Shown one piece after another: positions 52,099-62,919 of a stretch of DNA of 64,000 bases. Position 1 is the first letter of the stretch; each line of letters starts with the position of its first letter. Source of the DNA: Bacteroidales bacterium. GTDB taxonomy: Bacteria; Bacteroidota; Bacteroidia; Bacteroidales; UBA12077. Position numbers and translations under genes: made by a program. Under the pieces are notes generated by a model. The model was not told the DNA's origin, did no database searches, and worked only from the letters and a program-made list of their open reading frames with translations. The DNA is taken from contig JANQHR010000046.1 of NCBI GenBank assembly GCA_028282585.1, forward strand, positions 1-64,000. The letters run 5' to 3'.

Positions 52099-53813
52099 TT
52101 ATTTATATCCAAATCAATATTAGTAACCTCTGCTTCGATAGTCTCCTTAACCAAATATCTTTCATCAATTGCAATATTATTTTCATCAAAATCCACTAGG
52201 CCTGGAACAGCATTTTCATGAAGGTTTTTCCATCGAATATCTGCCAGATATGTTTCCTTTAAAGAATATGAATTTGGTACTCCAAGTGATTTACAAAATT
52301 TAATAAACCTATTTACCCTACTATAAGCTTCTTCTCTACTAGGATAATAGTTCAGTTTCCATTTTTGAATAATTAAGGAATTATTATATTCTTCCGGGTA
52401 TAATGTTTCCCTATACTTTCCCCATTTATTGGAGTCAACTTGACCTGAAAAATAGTATATAAAAGGATTACAATCTGCTTCATAGATATAATCCTGTAAC
52501 TCCTCAATTAAATTCAAAGTAGCAAGGAAATCCTCTTCTGTTTCTTCAGGGTGTCCAACCACCCACATAGTTGTAGTCTTAATTCCTGCCTTTGCCAGAT
52601 TAATAACTGCATCTTTGATTTCCAAAGGAGATATCTTTTTATTCATTAAATCAAGAATCTTCTCTGATCCACTTTCAATACCTAACCTAGCTCTATAGAA
52701 TCCCCCTTCTCTCCAGGACAATGTATTTTCTATCCTACCCGACTTTTTATCTATTCTAAGATATCCATCAAAATAAACTGCAAGTTTATTCTCAGAAAGT
52801 TCTTTTGTTAAATCATCAATCAAAGGATTTAACAATGAATCACACATATAAAAGAGTTGCTTCTTGTTTTTATTGTATAAAGTTTTTAATTCCGTAATTA
52901 CGTTTTTAATATTTCTTTTCCTGTAATCTCCCCAGAAAACTGTTTCGGAACAAAAACTACATTGGAAAGGACAACTTCTTGACGCAAAGTTCGCTTGATA
53001 TAAATAATAATTTAAATCAAAATCTGAAAAATCTGGTTTATACTCATTTATTGTATCTAGATTGTTAATTAAATCATCTTTTGTATAAACCTTTTGGTTA
53101 GATTTTAATTTGCCCCGAATTAAATTCAGCAACAGTTGTTCTCCTTCTCCAATTATTATTTTATCAATATTTTTAGAAACCTTGATAAATCTATTATAGT
53201 TCGGAGTATCTACTTTTAAATCTGATGAGAATATTGGCCCTCCAAATATTGTTTCAATATGAGAAAACCTTTCTTTTATTATATTACAAACAAACATAGA
53301 GGCCGCAAAGGATCCTTTATTAACTGATAATCCAACTTTTGAAGGGTTATATTTTTTAACTAAAGCTAAAATATACTCTAATAGCTTATTAAAAAACTCT
53401 CCAATGATTTCATTAAATAGTTCAACATCATTCGCTGATATATCATAATAGAAAGTATTATAAAATATTGTATAAATAATTTTATTCAGTTCTTCTTGTG
53501 TTTTACTAAAAGCAAACGCCATCATATGTTCTGAAAGAACATCCATTCCAATATTATAAAGATGTAACCTTTTATCCTCCGGTATTACTTTTTCAATATT
53601 GAAGAAGTATTTTTTTTTGCAGTTATAAAAGTCTATATTGGTATTAGCATCAATATTTTTTACCTTAAATAAACTATTCCTCTCAATATAACTCTTAAGG
53701 CAAGCAATGCCTAAAGGAGGTATCTGCTGATCCCAATATGGCAACATTATTAAAAGGATAATTTTATTTTTTTTTAGATTTTCTCTCTCTCTCATTCTAA
53801 ATTGCAAAATCAT
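52086..53813 (-). CDS. Cobalamin-dependent (class B) radical SAM methyltransferase-like enzyme
   Basis: PPLGIACLKSY, FGGP, GEGE, SRSCPFQCSFC, GIESGS, VGHPEET; true start may be near 53795. Confidence 0.88.
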   Translation of the reverse strand: MILQFRMRERENLKKNKIILLIMLPYWDQQIPPLGIACLKSYIERNSLFKVKNIDANTNIDFYNCKKKYFFNIEKVIPEDKRLHLYNIGMDVLSEHMMAFAFSKTQEELNKIIYTIFYNTFYYDISANDVELFNEIIGEFFNKLLEYILALVKKYNPSKVGLSVNKGSFAASMFVCNIIKERFSHIETIFGGPIFSSDLKVDTPNYNRFIKVSKNIDKIIIGEGEQLLLNLIRGKLKSNQKVYTKDDLINNLDTINEYKPDFSDFDLNYYLYQANFASRSCPFQCSFCSETVFWGDYRKRNIKNVITELKTLYNKNKKQLFYMCDSLLNPLIDDLTKELSENKLAVYFDGYLRIDKKSGRIENTLSWREGGFYRARLGIESGSEKILDLMNKKISPLEIKDAVINLAKAGIKTTTMWVVGHPEETEEDFLATLNLIEELQDYIYEADCNPFIYYFSGQVDSNKWGKYRETLYPEEYNNSLIIQKWKLNYYPSREEAYSRVNRFIKFCKSLGVPNSYSLKETYLADIRWKNLHENAVPGLVDFDENNIAIDERYLVKETIEAEVTNIDLDINNWNF

Positions 53814-56800
53814 TTAACTCATTTATAAAAGAATCAGAATCAGCTTGAGTCAGACCTATCTCCAACATTGAATTTTGATTATCCAATAATTCATTAGGAT
53901 TAACCACTACATATTCAAGGATATTTCTAAAATGATTTAAAACATTAGAAATCAATTCATCATCAAATAAATTTTTATTATACACTGTTATGATCTCAAA
54001 TTCTTCTCCTGGAGATATAATAATATTGAAGTTATAATTAGTTTGTTCCTCGTTATGTACTTTTTGGACTTTAAAACCAACATTTATATGTGTGCTACTT
54101 TTATTAAGCTCTTTAAAACCATCATTTATTGCAAAATTTTGAAATAGAAAAATATGGTCAATTAATTCAATTCCTTTATCTGTAAAAGATTGTATATCAG
54201 CCAGAGATGAGTATTCATATTTTTTTATTTCTAAGGTTTCATTTTTTATTCTATCTAAGAGTGTATTAAAAGTATCTGTTTCATTACGCTTTATTCTTAT
54301 TGGAACAGTATTTATAAAAAGCCCCACCATTTCTTCGACATTTTCGATTTCACTGGGTCGACCGGATGTAACTGATCCAAAAATAACATCATCAGTATCA
54401 TTATACAGTTGTAATATTAATCCCCAAACCGTTTGTAATAAAACATTTGGTGTTACTGCATTTCGGGATGCAAATTGAATTAATCTTTGCTTAACAGAAT
54501 CTTCAAGTTTTAAAGTTAACTTTCCTTTTTTAAATTCTGGTTCTTCTTTAATTTTCTTAGGCAAGCTATTAGCACCGTTAAAGTTCTGTAAATATTTTTT
54601 CCAAAAATCAAGTGACTTATCATTATCCTGAGATTGTAACCAGGTAATATAATTTCTAAATTTATTAGTTGGAGGCATTTTGTACGAAGCTCCATATTTT
54701 ACATTTCTATAAAATGTTAATAAATCCCTAAAAAGAATCGTTGTACACCATCCATCCATTAAAATATGATGAAAGCTCCAAATAAAAGTAAACTTTTGAT
54801 CTTCAGTTTTAAATAATGTCAATTTAGTTAAGTTATCCGAACTTAAATCAAAGCCTTTATATCTTTCTTCTGTTTTATATGTTTCAATACTTTTTTGTTG
54901 TTCAACATTATCTAAGTTTCTAATATCTTTAAAGTTTATTTTTACTTCACGTTTTGTTAAAACAATTTGAAGCGGCCTGTCTATATCTTCATAAACAAAT
55001 TTTGTTCTAAGAGTTTCATATCTATTTAGTACTTCGTTAAAGCTTTTTTCTAATATTTTACAATCTATATCTCCTTCAATGATAATCTCAGATTGCTCAA
55101 AATATTCTCCCGAATGTCTATCAACTAGTGAATGAAATAACATCCCATATTGCATTGGACTTAATTCATACATATCCTGAATGTTATTTCGATTAACACT
55201 AACTAATCTATTAAAGTCATTAAGAGTTATGTTTTTTAATCCAAAATCACTAGGTGTTAATTCGTTGTTTTCCTTTAACCTGCAGTGTTCAGTTATTTCA
55301 ATGAGGCTTTGCTTAAATTGATTTGTTAGTTTTTCTATTGTATTTTCATTATTCTCATGTTTGTTATATCTAAAAGTAAAACTTAATTGTCCTCCACTTG
55401 CCATTCCATTTACTTCAATTGCGTAAACAGATTCCATCAAATGGCTGATTGAATCACCAGCAGAATACTTTGAAAAACTATATAACTCTTCTTCTTCAAA
55501 GGAACTTATTCCACTACCTGTAAATTCTCCCAGATAGTTAAAGCATATTTCTGGTTTCAAATTGAATAGTTCGTTATTTTCATCGTTGCTATATTTTAAG
55601 ACCCCATATCCTATTCCTTTAAATGGTATATGTCTTAAATTTTCTTTAGTTTCTTTTATAAGTTCTGAAATATCTTCATAATTTTCTAAAACAATGGGAT
55701 ATTGAGTAGTAAACCAACCTATGGTTCGATTAATGTCAACATCATCAAATATTGCTTCTCTACCGTGTCCTTCTAATTCTACTGCAATTTTGCTAAGGTT
55801 TCCCCATTTACACACCGACTTTACAAGTGCAGATAATAGAATATCGTTTATTTCTGTATTATAAGCCTTATTTGATTTTTTTAAAATCTGCTCGGTCTGT
55901 GACTTATTAAAACTTACTGTTTTAATAATTTGATTTCCAATATTTTTACAATCACTTTTTACATTAAAATCTTTTGGAATGTTAGGAATTTCTCTTTCAA
56001 CAACTTTTTGCCAGTACAATTTCTCCTTTAATAGCTTAGAGCTTTTAGAATAATCATTTAATCTCTCTGACCAATATTTATAAGAATCTGTTTTTAAAGG
56101 AAAAATAGGCTTTTCATCTTTAAGAATTGAACTATAAGCTATGGAAAAATCCTCAAGTAATATTCGCCAGCTAATTCCGTCAATTATTAAATGATGTATT
56201 ACAAGTAAAAGGTGATCGCCTTCATTTGTGATAAAATGTCCTAATTTAACCAGTGGACCTTTCTCCAGGTCTATACTTCTCTGAATTATATTAGATTGTT
56301 TTTCTATAAAACTTGAAACTTCATTTTCTCCTTTCAAATTAAAAGTTTCAATCGAATAATTTTTATTCTCTAATCCATTATTATATTGGAAATATTCATT
56401 ATTTCTTTTATAAAAGACTGTTCTTAAGATATCATGATGTTCTACTAACTCTTTAAAAACGTTATTAATTATTGGTAGGTCAAATCCCTCTTTTTTATAC
56501 AGCATTACAGACTGATTATAATGATGTAAATCCATAAAGCCTGTATTTAACAACCATGACTGTATAGGGATTAATGGGATCTTTCCAGTTACCGGACTTT
56601 GACTTATCTCCCTTTCACATTTTAGGATTTTCTTACTTATTTGATCAATTTTTTGATATTTAAATATATCTGCTACAGATAATTTTAAACCATACATATT
56701 TAATCTTGATGCAATTTGAATTGTTTTAATGGAATCGCCACCTAACTCAAAGAAATTCGCATCAGTACTAATTTTATCTTTTGGAATTCCTAAAACCTCC

Positions 56801-59202
56801 GACCATACCTCAACCATTTTCTCCTCATTATCATTTGCAGGCAACTTACAGTCTAATGCATCTAACTCCGGCTCAGGCAATAATTTTCTATTAACTTTTC
56901 CGTTAGCATTTAAAGGAATTGTATCTATTTGAACAAAAAAGGAAGGAATCATATAGTCTGGAAGTGACTTTGATAGCTTATTCCTTATATTAAGATTTTC
57001 ACTATCGGTATCAGAAGTATAATAAACAACAATATATTTTTGACCTGTTTTATCATCAAAATTTATAACAACCGATTCTTTGATCTCTTGAATTTTATTT
57101 AATATCTTTTCAATCTCGCCTAATTCTACTCTAAATCCTCTAATTTTAACCTGGTGATCTATTCTACCCAAGAATTCAATATTTCCGTCGGGCAACCAGC
57201 ATCCTTGATCTCCTGTTTTATATAACAAATCTTTCATTGAACCGGCAAGCTTATTTACAATAAACTTACTATGAGTTAACTCTACTTTGTTTAAATATCC
57301 TCTAGCCAATCCTTCTCCTGCAATACATATCTCTCCAGGAACTCCTATTGGGCACAGCTCATTATATTTATTTGTAATAAAAATCCTCGTGTTACTTCGC
57401 GGTTTTCCAATTAATGAAATCTCATTATCTGATTTTCCCGAGAAATGATATGTAGTAGCTTCAACAGAAGCTTCGGCTGGTCCATAAGCATTTATTATCT
57501 TACCATTCCAATTTAGATATTTTCTGCTATTTTTAACAATTTCGATGGGTATATATTCGCTTCCTAAGGATAGGTGACTAAGATCTGGCAAAATTTCTCT
57601 ATTTGAATCTAACTCTATCATATTAAAAATTTCTTTCATCACAACTGGTACCTCATCAATATTATTAATATGATTATTTCTAAGATAATTAATATAGCTA
57701 CTGATATCTAGCCTCAATTCTTTTTTAATAAGATGTAAAGTTCCCCCTGAAATTAAAGGAGGGAATATTTGCTGAATAGCACCATCAGAAGCATAAGAGT
57801 TAGATAATAATACTTGAAAATCCTTTTTATGACCAAATTCCTTTATTGCCCATAAATTAAACTCTAAAAATGATTTATGTTCTATCAAAATTCCTTTAGG
57901 TACACCTGTAGTTCCAGAAGTGTACATGATATATGCAATGGAGGTTAACCATTCCTCATTTCCTTTACAATTAATGCCTTCCGATCGTAATTCCGTTTTT
58001 ATAATCTTATTTACATTAATTATCCTTTCCGATGGTAATTCTAATTCCTTGATTGTTAACCTATCAGTAATTAAGTATTTTGAATTACTATCTTTTAATA
58101 TAAAATTGATTCTCTCAACCGGATTTGAAATATCTATAGGTAAATATGCTGAACCTGCACGTAACACACCTAATATTGCTATAACCATTTCAATAGATGT
58201 ACTGCAAAGAATCGAAACAATATCATTGGACTTGATACCTTTTTTACATAAGTCAGAGACAACATTTGAAGATTTCTCAAATAATTCTTTATAAGTAATT
58301 TTTTTGTCTTCTAATATTAAAGCTGTACTATTAGGGGTTTTCGCTGCCTGCTCTTCAAAAAGTTGAGGAATTAGTTTAACCTTCGGGAACTCGGTTCTTG
58401 TATCATTAAACTCCTGTATTATAAGCTTTTGTTCTTCAAAACTTAAACTAGTTACTTCTTTTAATGATCTATTCAAATCATAACAAAAAATCTGCTCAAA
58501 AATATGTACTAAGTTTCTTGAAATTCTTTCTATTAAATCCAACGAATAACTAAAAGAATCATAATTGATATTACAATCTATATTTAAACCATCATTATTA
58601 AAATTAAATATTAAACCACAGTTGAAATCTGCAATAGATTCTGAATGATGGAAATCATTTAACATAACAACAACATCAAATAAAGAGCTTTGATTTCTAT
58701 TATTGAATTTACCTATTTGTTTTATCAGTATGTCAACAGGGTAATTCTGGTTACTTGTAGCTTCAATAATTGAATTTCTAATATTTGATAAAAAAGATCG
58801 TACGGAAAGACTTTTGCTAATCTCGATATATATTGGTAATACCGTATTTATCACATTCTTGGTATAACTTTCATTTTTTATAGGAATTCCAATAACCGTA
58901 TCTTTATTACCGGTATATGCCTGAAGTAGAAGAAAAATGCCAGATGTTAACATTACATGAAGCCTTTCTTTGTTACCTCTACTAAACTTTCTTATTGGTT
59001 CAGATATTTTTGTACTGAATTTAATATTATATGTATCATATTTGCAAACATTCCCACTATTTACTCTATTTTCTCTTTTATCAAAAGGAATACAACTAAT
59101 AGATTCAATATCAGAAAGTTTATTTAACCAATAAGATCTTTCCCTGAACTGCTGAAAGGCCCAGACTCTTTTATCCAGATCAGAAACACTCATGCTAATC
59201 AA
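53797..59202 (-). CDS. NRPS: half-C (interface-like)-A-T-E-C
   Basis: YTSGTTGVPKG; GGDSI T; E domain HHLIIDGISW/EGHGRE/RTIGWFT; DCL-type C HHILMDGWC. Confidence 0.94.
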   Translation of the reverse strand: MISMSVSDLDKRVWAFQQFRERSYWLNKLSDIESISCIPFDKRENRVNSGNVCKYDTYNIKFSTKISEPIRKFSRGNKERLHVMLTSGIFLLLQAYTGNKDTVIGIPIKNESYTKNVINTVLPIYIEISKSLSVRSFLSNIRNSIIEATSNQNYPVDILIKQIGKFNNRNQSSLFDVVVMLNDFHHSESIADFNCGLIFNFNNDGLNIDCNINYDSFSYSLDLIERISRNLVHIFEQIFCYDLNRSLKEVTSLSFEEQKLIIQEFNDTRTEFPKVKLIPQLFEEQAAKTPNSTALILEDKKITYKELFEKSSNVVSDLCKKGIKSNDIVSILCSTSIEMVIAILGVLRAGSAYLPIDISNPVERINFILKDSNSKYLITDRLTIKELELPSERIINVNKIIKTELRSEGINCKGNEEWLTSIAYIMYTSGTTGVPKGILIEHKSFLEFNLWAIKEFGHKKDFQVLLSNSYASDGAIQQIFPPLISGGTLHLIKKELRLDISSYINYLRNNHINNIDEVPVVMKEIFNMIELDSNREILPDLSHLSLGSEYIPIEIVKNSRKYLNWNGKIINAYGPAEASVEATTYHFSGKSDNEISLIGKPRSNTRIFITNKYNELCPIGVPGEICIAGEGLARGYLNKVELTHSKFIVNKLAGSMKDLLYKTGDQGCWLPDGNIEFLGRIDHQVKIRGFRVELGEIEKILNKIQEIKESVVINFDDKTGQKYIVVYYTSDTDSENLNIRNKLSKSLPDYMIPSFFVQIDTIPLNANGKVNRKLLPEPELDALDCKLPANDNEEKMVEVWSEVLGIPKDKISTDANFFELGGDSIKTIQIASRLNMYGLKLSVADIFKYQKIDQISKKILKCEREISQSPVTGKIPLIPIQSWLLNTGFMDLHHYNQSVMLYKKEGFDLPIINNVFKELVEHHDILRTVFYKRNNEYFQYNNGLENKNYSIETFNLKGENEVSSFIEKQSNIIQRSIDLEKGPLVKLGHFITNEGDHLLLVIHHLIIDGISWRILLEDFSIAYSSILKDEKPIFPLKTDSYKYWSERLNDYSKSSKLLKEKLYWQKVVEREIPNIPKDFNVKSDCKNIGNQIIKTVSFNKSQTEQILKKSNKAYNTEINDILLSALVKSVCKWGNLSKIAVELEGHGREAIFDDVDINRTIGWFTTQYPIVLENYEDISELIKETKENLRHIPFKGIGYGVLKYSNDENNELFNLKPEICFNYLGEFTGSGISSFEEEELYSFSKYSAGDSISHLMESVYAIEVNGMASGGQLSFTFRYNKHENNENTIEKLTNQFKQSLIEITEHCRLKENNELTPSDFGLKNITLNDFNRLVSVNRNNIQDMYELSPMQYGMLFHSLVDRHSGEYFEQSEIIIEGDIDCKILEKSFNEVLNRYETLRTKFVYEDIDRPLQIVLTKREVKINFKDIRNLDNVEQQKSIETYKTEERYKGFDLSSDNLTKLTLFKTEDQKFTFIWSFHHILMDGWCTTILFRDLLTFYRNVKYGASYKMPPTNKFRNYITWLQSQDNDKSLDFWKKYLQNFNGANSLPKKIKEEPEFKKGKLTLKLEDSVKQRLIQFASRNAVTPNVLLQTVWGLILQLYNDTDDVIFGSVTSGRPSEIENVEEMVGLFINTVPIRIKRNETDTFNTLLDRIKNETLEIKKYEYSSLADIQSFTDKGIELIDHIFLFQNFAINDGFKELNKSSTHINVGFKVQKVHNEEQTNYNFNIIISPGEEFEIITVYNKNLFDDELISNVLNHFRNILEYVVVNPNELLDNQNSMLEIGLTQADSDSFINELNDFAI

Positions 59203-59252
59203 TAATTAAAAGCTATTATTATACTTCTTAATTGCTTATCTTACTATGATGG

Positions 59253-60374
59253 TTAGTTTGAAACGAAACTCTCTAATAAATCAATTGCTTCATTGAATTT
59301 AATAGATTCTATTCCGTAATTTATTCTAAAGTGATTATTTTCACCAAAAACATTACCGGGGAGTAATGAAACATTTTTACTTTTTAAGAGTTTTTGGCAA
59401 AATTCATTTGAATTGATGTTACCTTTAATTTTTGGAAAAGCAACTAGTCCTCCCTGAGGTTCCACATACTCAAAAATATGACGATATTTATGCATAAAGC
59501 TATTTAATGTAGCTACATTACTTAATATTTGTTCTTTAATATGCAGTAATAACTTAGCTCTATTTCTCAAAATAATTAAAGCCAGATAATCACTAATAGG
59601 TGAGGTTACATGTGTTAAATAATGCTTATATTCTCTGCATTCTTCTATAATTTCCTGATCTGAAATTAACCAACCTATTCTTAAACCATTTACACCAAAA
59701 CATTTTGTAATTGATCCGGTTGCTGCAACTTTTTTATGAATTTTATAACATATATCAAATCCTGACAACATCAAATCAGTACCAGACTGCAATGGTAAAA
59801 ACTTATAATGTTCGTCAAATAATAAATAAATATTATGCTTCTTAGCCATATAAGAAATAGCTTTTACTAATTCAATATCAAGTTTAGAGCCAGTTGGATT
59901 GTGTGGGTTATTGATTATTAACAACTTTGTTTTAGGAGTAATTATCGATTCAAGGGTTTCTAAACAGGGTATATAATTTGATTTCTGTTTTAAATCTAAA
60001 TATTTAATTTCACAGCCTATGGCTTTTGGCAGTTCCGATAAAGTCTGAAACTCCGGATACTCTACTATTACTTCATCACCAGGATTTAATATTGAATTAA
60101 AAAAAGTAAATAATGCTTCAGTAACGCCAGTAGTAACTAATACGTTTTCCACATTGACATTTTCATAACAAGAAATTATTTCTTTTCTAAGTTCAATAGA
60201 TCCTCTAGTATCAGGGTTCATTAAATTAATTTTTTTGAGATTATTAATATCTTCATTACAAAGTTCTAATATTTCATTTAATGTAAAATCAACATACCCA
60301 CTTTCTGCCAAATTATATCTAATAAATTGATTATCAGCCAACCAGTCTTCCATAATTAATTTGTCAATTTTCAT
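59253..60374 (-). CDS. Fold-type I PLP enzyme (class I/II aminotransferase; VioD/capreomycidine-synthase-like N-terminus)
   Basis: MEDWL, YNLAESG, NNPHNPTG, DEHY, GSITKCFGVNGLRIGW. Confidence 0.85.
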   Translation of the reverse strand: MKIDKLIMEDWLADNQFIRYNLAESGYVDFTLNEILELCNEDINNLKKINLMNPDTRGSIELRKEIISCYENVNVENVLVTTGVTEALFTFFNSILNPGDEVIVEYPEFQTLSELPKAIGCEIKYLDLKQKSNYIPCLETLESIITPKTKLLIINNPHNPTGSKLDIELVKAISYMAKKHNIYLLFDEHYKFLPLQSGTDLMLSGFDICYKIHKKVAATGSITKCFGVNGLRIGWLISDQEIIEECREYKHYLTHVTSPISDYLALIILRNRAKLLLHIKEQILSNVATLNSFMHKYRHIFEYVEPQGGLVAFPKIKGNINSNEFCQKLLKSKNVSLLPGNVFGENNHFRINYGIESIKFNEAIDLLESFVSN

Positions 60375-61339
60375 ACAAGTGCTCCTTTCTTTTTACCGAT
60401 CAAATCTTTACACTCACAGAATAATCCTTTTAAACCTGATACATCTTGTGTCTTATTAAAAAATTCGATTTCCCGCCGAATATTTTCATCACATTTTGGA
60501 CAAGAATTAGGCATTCTATCTTTAGAAAGGTTTTCATCGCTTAAACCAACAAAAATACAACCTTCCTGATGTGTTTTTAATATTACTTCAACAACACTCC
60601 AAAGGTTTAGCATTCTATATTCGGATTGTAAATATAATTTCTCAAGGTTTGAATCTTCTGATATGAAAACCGGCTCAAATGCTACTCGCGCATTTATCTC
60701 GTACTTTTTAGCAACTGAAAATACATATTTTGCACTTTGAACCGCATCATCGACAGCTTCACTTTCTGTTAGAGTTGGTGGTTTAATTAAAAGATAAACC
60801 AATAATGTACAACCTGATTCTTTTAGTGTCATAACAGTTTTCTCAAAGTCCTCTTTTGATAAGTTTTTATTTATTACTGTGTTTCTTACATAATCGTTAG
60901 CACTTTCAAGTCCAATTCCAAAATCTAATATTTTATTTTTTAGAACTTTTTTACACTCAGCTAATTTTTCAATGGTAACATACTCAGCTCTCGACTCAAT
61001 AGAAACTCTCTTTATATGAGGAATATCTGCAATCATTTTAAGCAAAGTTACTCTTGTTTGGGGATTAACTTCACTATCATTCAAAAAAGATCCAAGTGTT
61101 AGTAAATCAATTTCACCAACATCGTTAAGATCATGTGTTTTTAATGTTCTTTCAAATTGCATTATAATATCATCTTGGGATATGTTGTTACCTGCATTCT
61201 TTATAAATCCACAAACAGTACAACCACCATGATTTTGTCGTGCATATTCACATCCTGTAGTTTTCAACACTACCATAAGTCTATTCGTGTTTATACCATT
61301 TATGTTAACAGGACTTATTCTACTAAAAGCTGGTTCCAT
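60371..61339 (-). CDS. Radical SAM protein, archaeosine RaSEA (TIGR01210)-like
   Basis: GC-X9-CTVCG, GSFL..EV, IESRAEY, GLESAND.VR..INK, YLLIKPP.LTE.EA, LWSVVEV, CPKCD...CEC. Confidence 0.8.
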   Translation of the reverse strand: MEPAFSRISPVNINGINTNRLMVVLKTTGCEYARQNHGGCTVCGFIKNAGNNISQDDIIMQFERTLKTHDLNDVGEIDLLTLGSFLNDSEVNPQTRVTLLKMIADIPHIKRVSIESRAEYVTIEKLAECKKVLKNKILDFGIGLESANDYVRNTVINKNLSKEDFEKTVMTLKESGCTLLVYLLIKPPTLTESEAVDDAVQSAKYVFSVAKKYEINARVAFEPVFISEDSNLEKLYLQSEYRMLNLWSVVEVILKTHQEGCIFVGLSDENLSKDRMPNSCPKCDENIRREIEFFNKTQDVSGLKGLFCECKDLIGKKKGALV

Positions 61340-61368
61340 AATTTCTCAATTTATTAAATTATATATTA

Positions 61369-62919
61369 TTAGAAGTTACCAAAGGAATCACCATACTGTG
61401 AGTCTATAAGGGAAACATTTTCTTTTGCCACAATTATTTCATTAATAGTGATACTAGTATTATTAATGACTTGATTGACAATCTCTTTAAAGTATGTTAT
61501 TATTTTATCAATTGTTTCAGACTTAAATAATCTGATACAGTAAACAAAGCTTATAACTATATCATCTTTTGTTTCAACTACGTCTAATATCAAATCAAAT
61601 TTCGCTACACTTTTAACATGAACTAAATCGTTCTGAGAATTTTGGAAATTATCTTGTAAATCACCTACATTCAAGACATTAAACATAGTATCAAAAATTG
61701 GATTTCTGCTAAAATCTCTAGTTATATTTAATTTCTCAACTAAGTCTTCAAACTGATAATCTTGATTTTCGTAAGCTGATAATGTTCTACTTACTAAATC
61801 CTTAAGAAAATCGTTAAAGCATAAGTCGTACTTTGGATAATTCCGTAATGGTATTGTATTTACGAATATTCCTATAATTTTTTCCAAATCCGGATGGCTT
61901 CGTCCTGCTATAGGTAATCCAACGACTATATCTTGCTGTCCGGTTATTTTTGAAAGTAAGATATTGTATAAGGCTAATAATGTCATGCTAATTGTTGAAT
62001 TAGACTTTTTACATAATTCTCTGATTTTGGATGTAATAGATTTACCTAATAAAAAACTTACAGTGGCTCCCTCATAGCTCTGTGTTTCTGGTCTAGGAAA
62101 GTCATATGGCAAATCAAGTGTAGGAATATTATTGCTAAAAATTTCTAGCCAGTAATCTTCCTGCTTTTTCGTTTCTATATCATTCAGTTTACTATTTTGC
62201 CATTCTGAATAATCTTTATATTGTAACCTAGAATATTTAATACTTTTTCTATTTAAAAGATTTATTAAATCTTTCCTTAAGAGCTCCATTGATATTCCAT
62301 CTGATATGATGTGATGCATATCAACTAATAAATAACATTTACCTTCCTTTTCTTTTATTAACGCAACTCGAAATAATGGAGCTTCATTTAATTTAAATGG
62401 CTTAACAAATTGTACGAAAACAGAATCAATTTCCTTGGTATTCTTAATTTCAAATAGATCTATGTCATAAGAAAGATTCTCTACAATTTTTTGCTTTGGA
62501 TTATCATTATACAATTCAAATGAAATTCTAAAGCTTTCGTGTTTTTGTATAATCTTTTCTACAACAACTTTTAATTCATCAATATTTATATCATTAATAG
62601 GAAGTAACTGAGGCATATTATAAGCAGTACTTGATATATCCATCTGTTGAAGAATATATATTCTCTTTTGTGAAGAAGATAAATTATAATATTCCTTTTT
62701 CTCAGCACAGGAAATACCAGTATGAACCTTTTTTACTACTTTCTTACTAAGAAAATTTAAAAGATCTCTTTTATTATATTTTATTTCTTCTAAAATATCC
62801 GCACTTAAAACACCTTTGGGAGCATTAATTTTTAACTGGCCATTTACATTTTCTATGTATACACCCAAATTATTAAGCTTAGTTACTAAACCTATTACAT
62901 TATTAATATCTGTTTTCAT
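61369..62919 (-). CDS. Stand-alone NRPS condensation protein with a TubC-type docking domain
   Basis: LNNLGVYIENVNGQLKINAPKGVL docking motif; LSSSQKR, HHIISDG, IGIFVNT, AKFDL. Confidence 0.92.
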   Translation of the reverse strand: MKTDINNVIGLVTKLNNLGVYIENVNGQLKINAPKGVLSADILEEIKYNKRDLLNFLSKKVVKKVHTGISCAEKKEYYNLSSSQKRIYILQQMDISSTAYNMPQLLPINDINIDELKVVVEKIIQKHESFRISFELYNDNPKQKIVENLSYDIDLFEIKNTKEIDSVFVQFVKPFKLNEAPLFRVALIKEKEGKCYLLVDMHHIISDGISMELLRKDLINLLNRKSIKYSRLQYKDYSEWQNSKLNDIETKKQEDYWLEIFSNNIPTLDLPYDFPRPETQSYEGATVSFLLGKSITSKIRELCKKSNSTISMTLLALYNILLSKITGQQDIVVGLPIAGRSHPDLEKIIGIFVNTIPLRNYPKYDLCFNDFLKDLVSRTLSAYENQDYQFEDLVEKLNITRDFSRNPIFDTMFNVLNVGDLQDNFQNSQNDLVHVKSVAKFDLILDVVETKDDIVISFVYCIRLFKSETIDKIITYFKEIVNQVINNTSITINEIIVAKENVSLIDSQYGDSFGNF

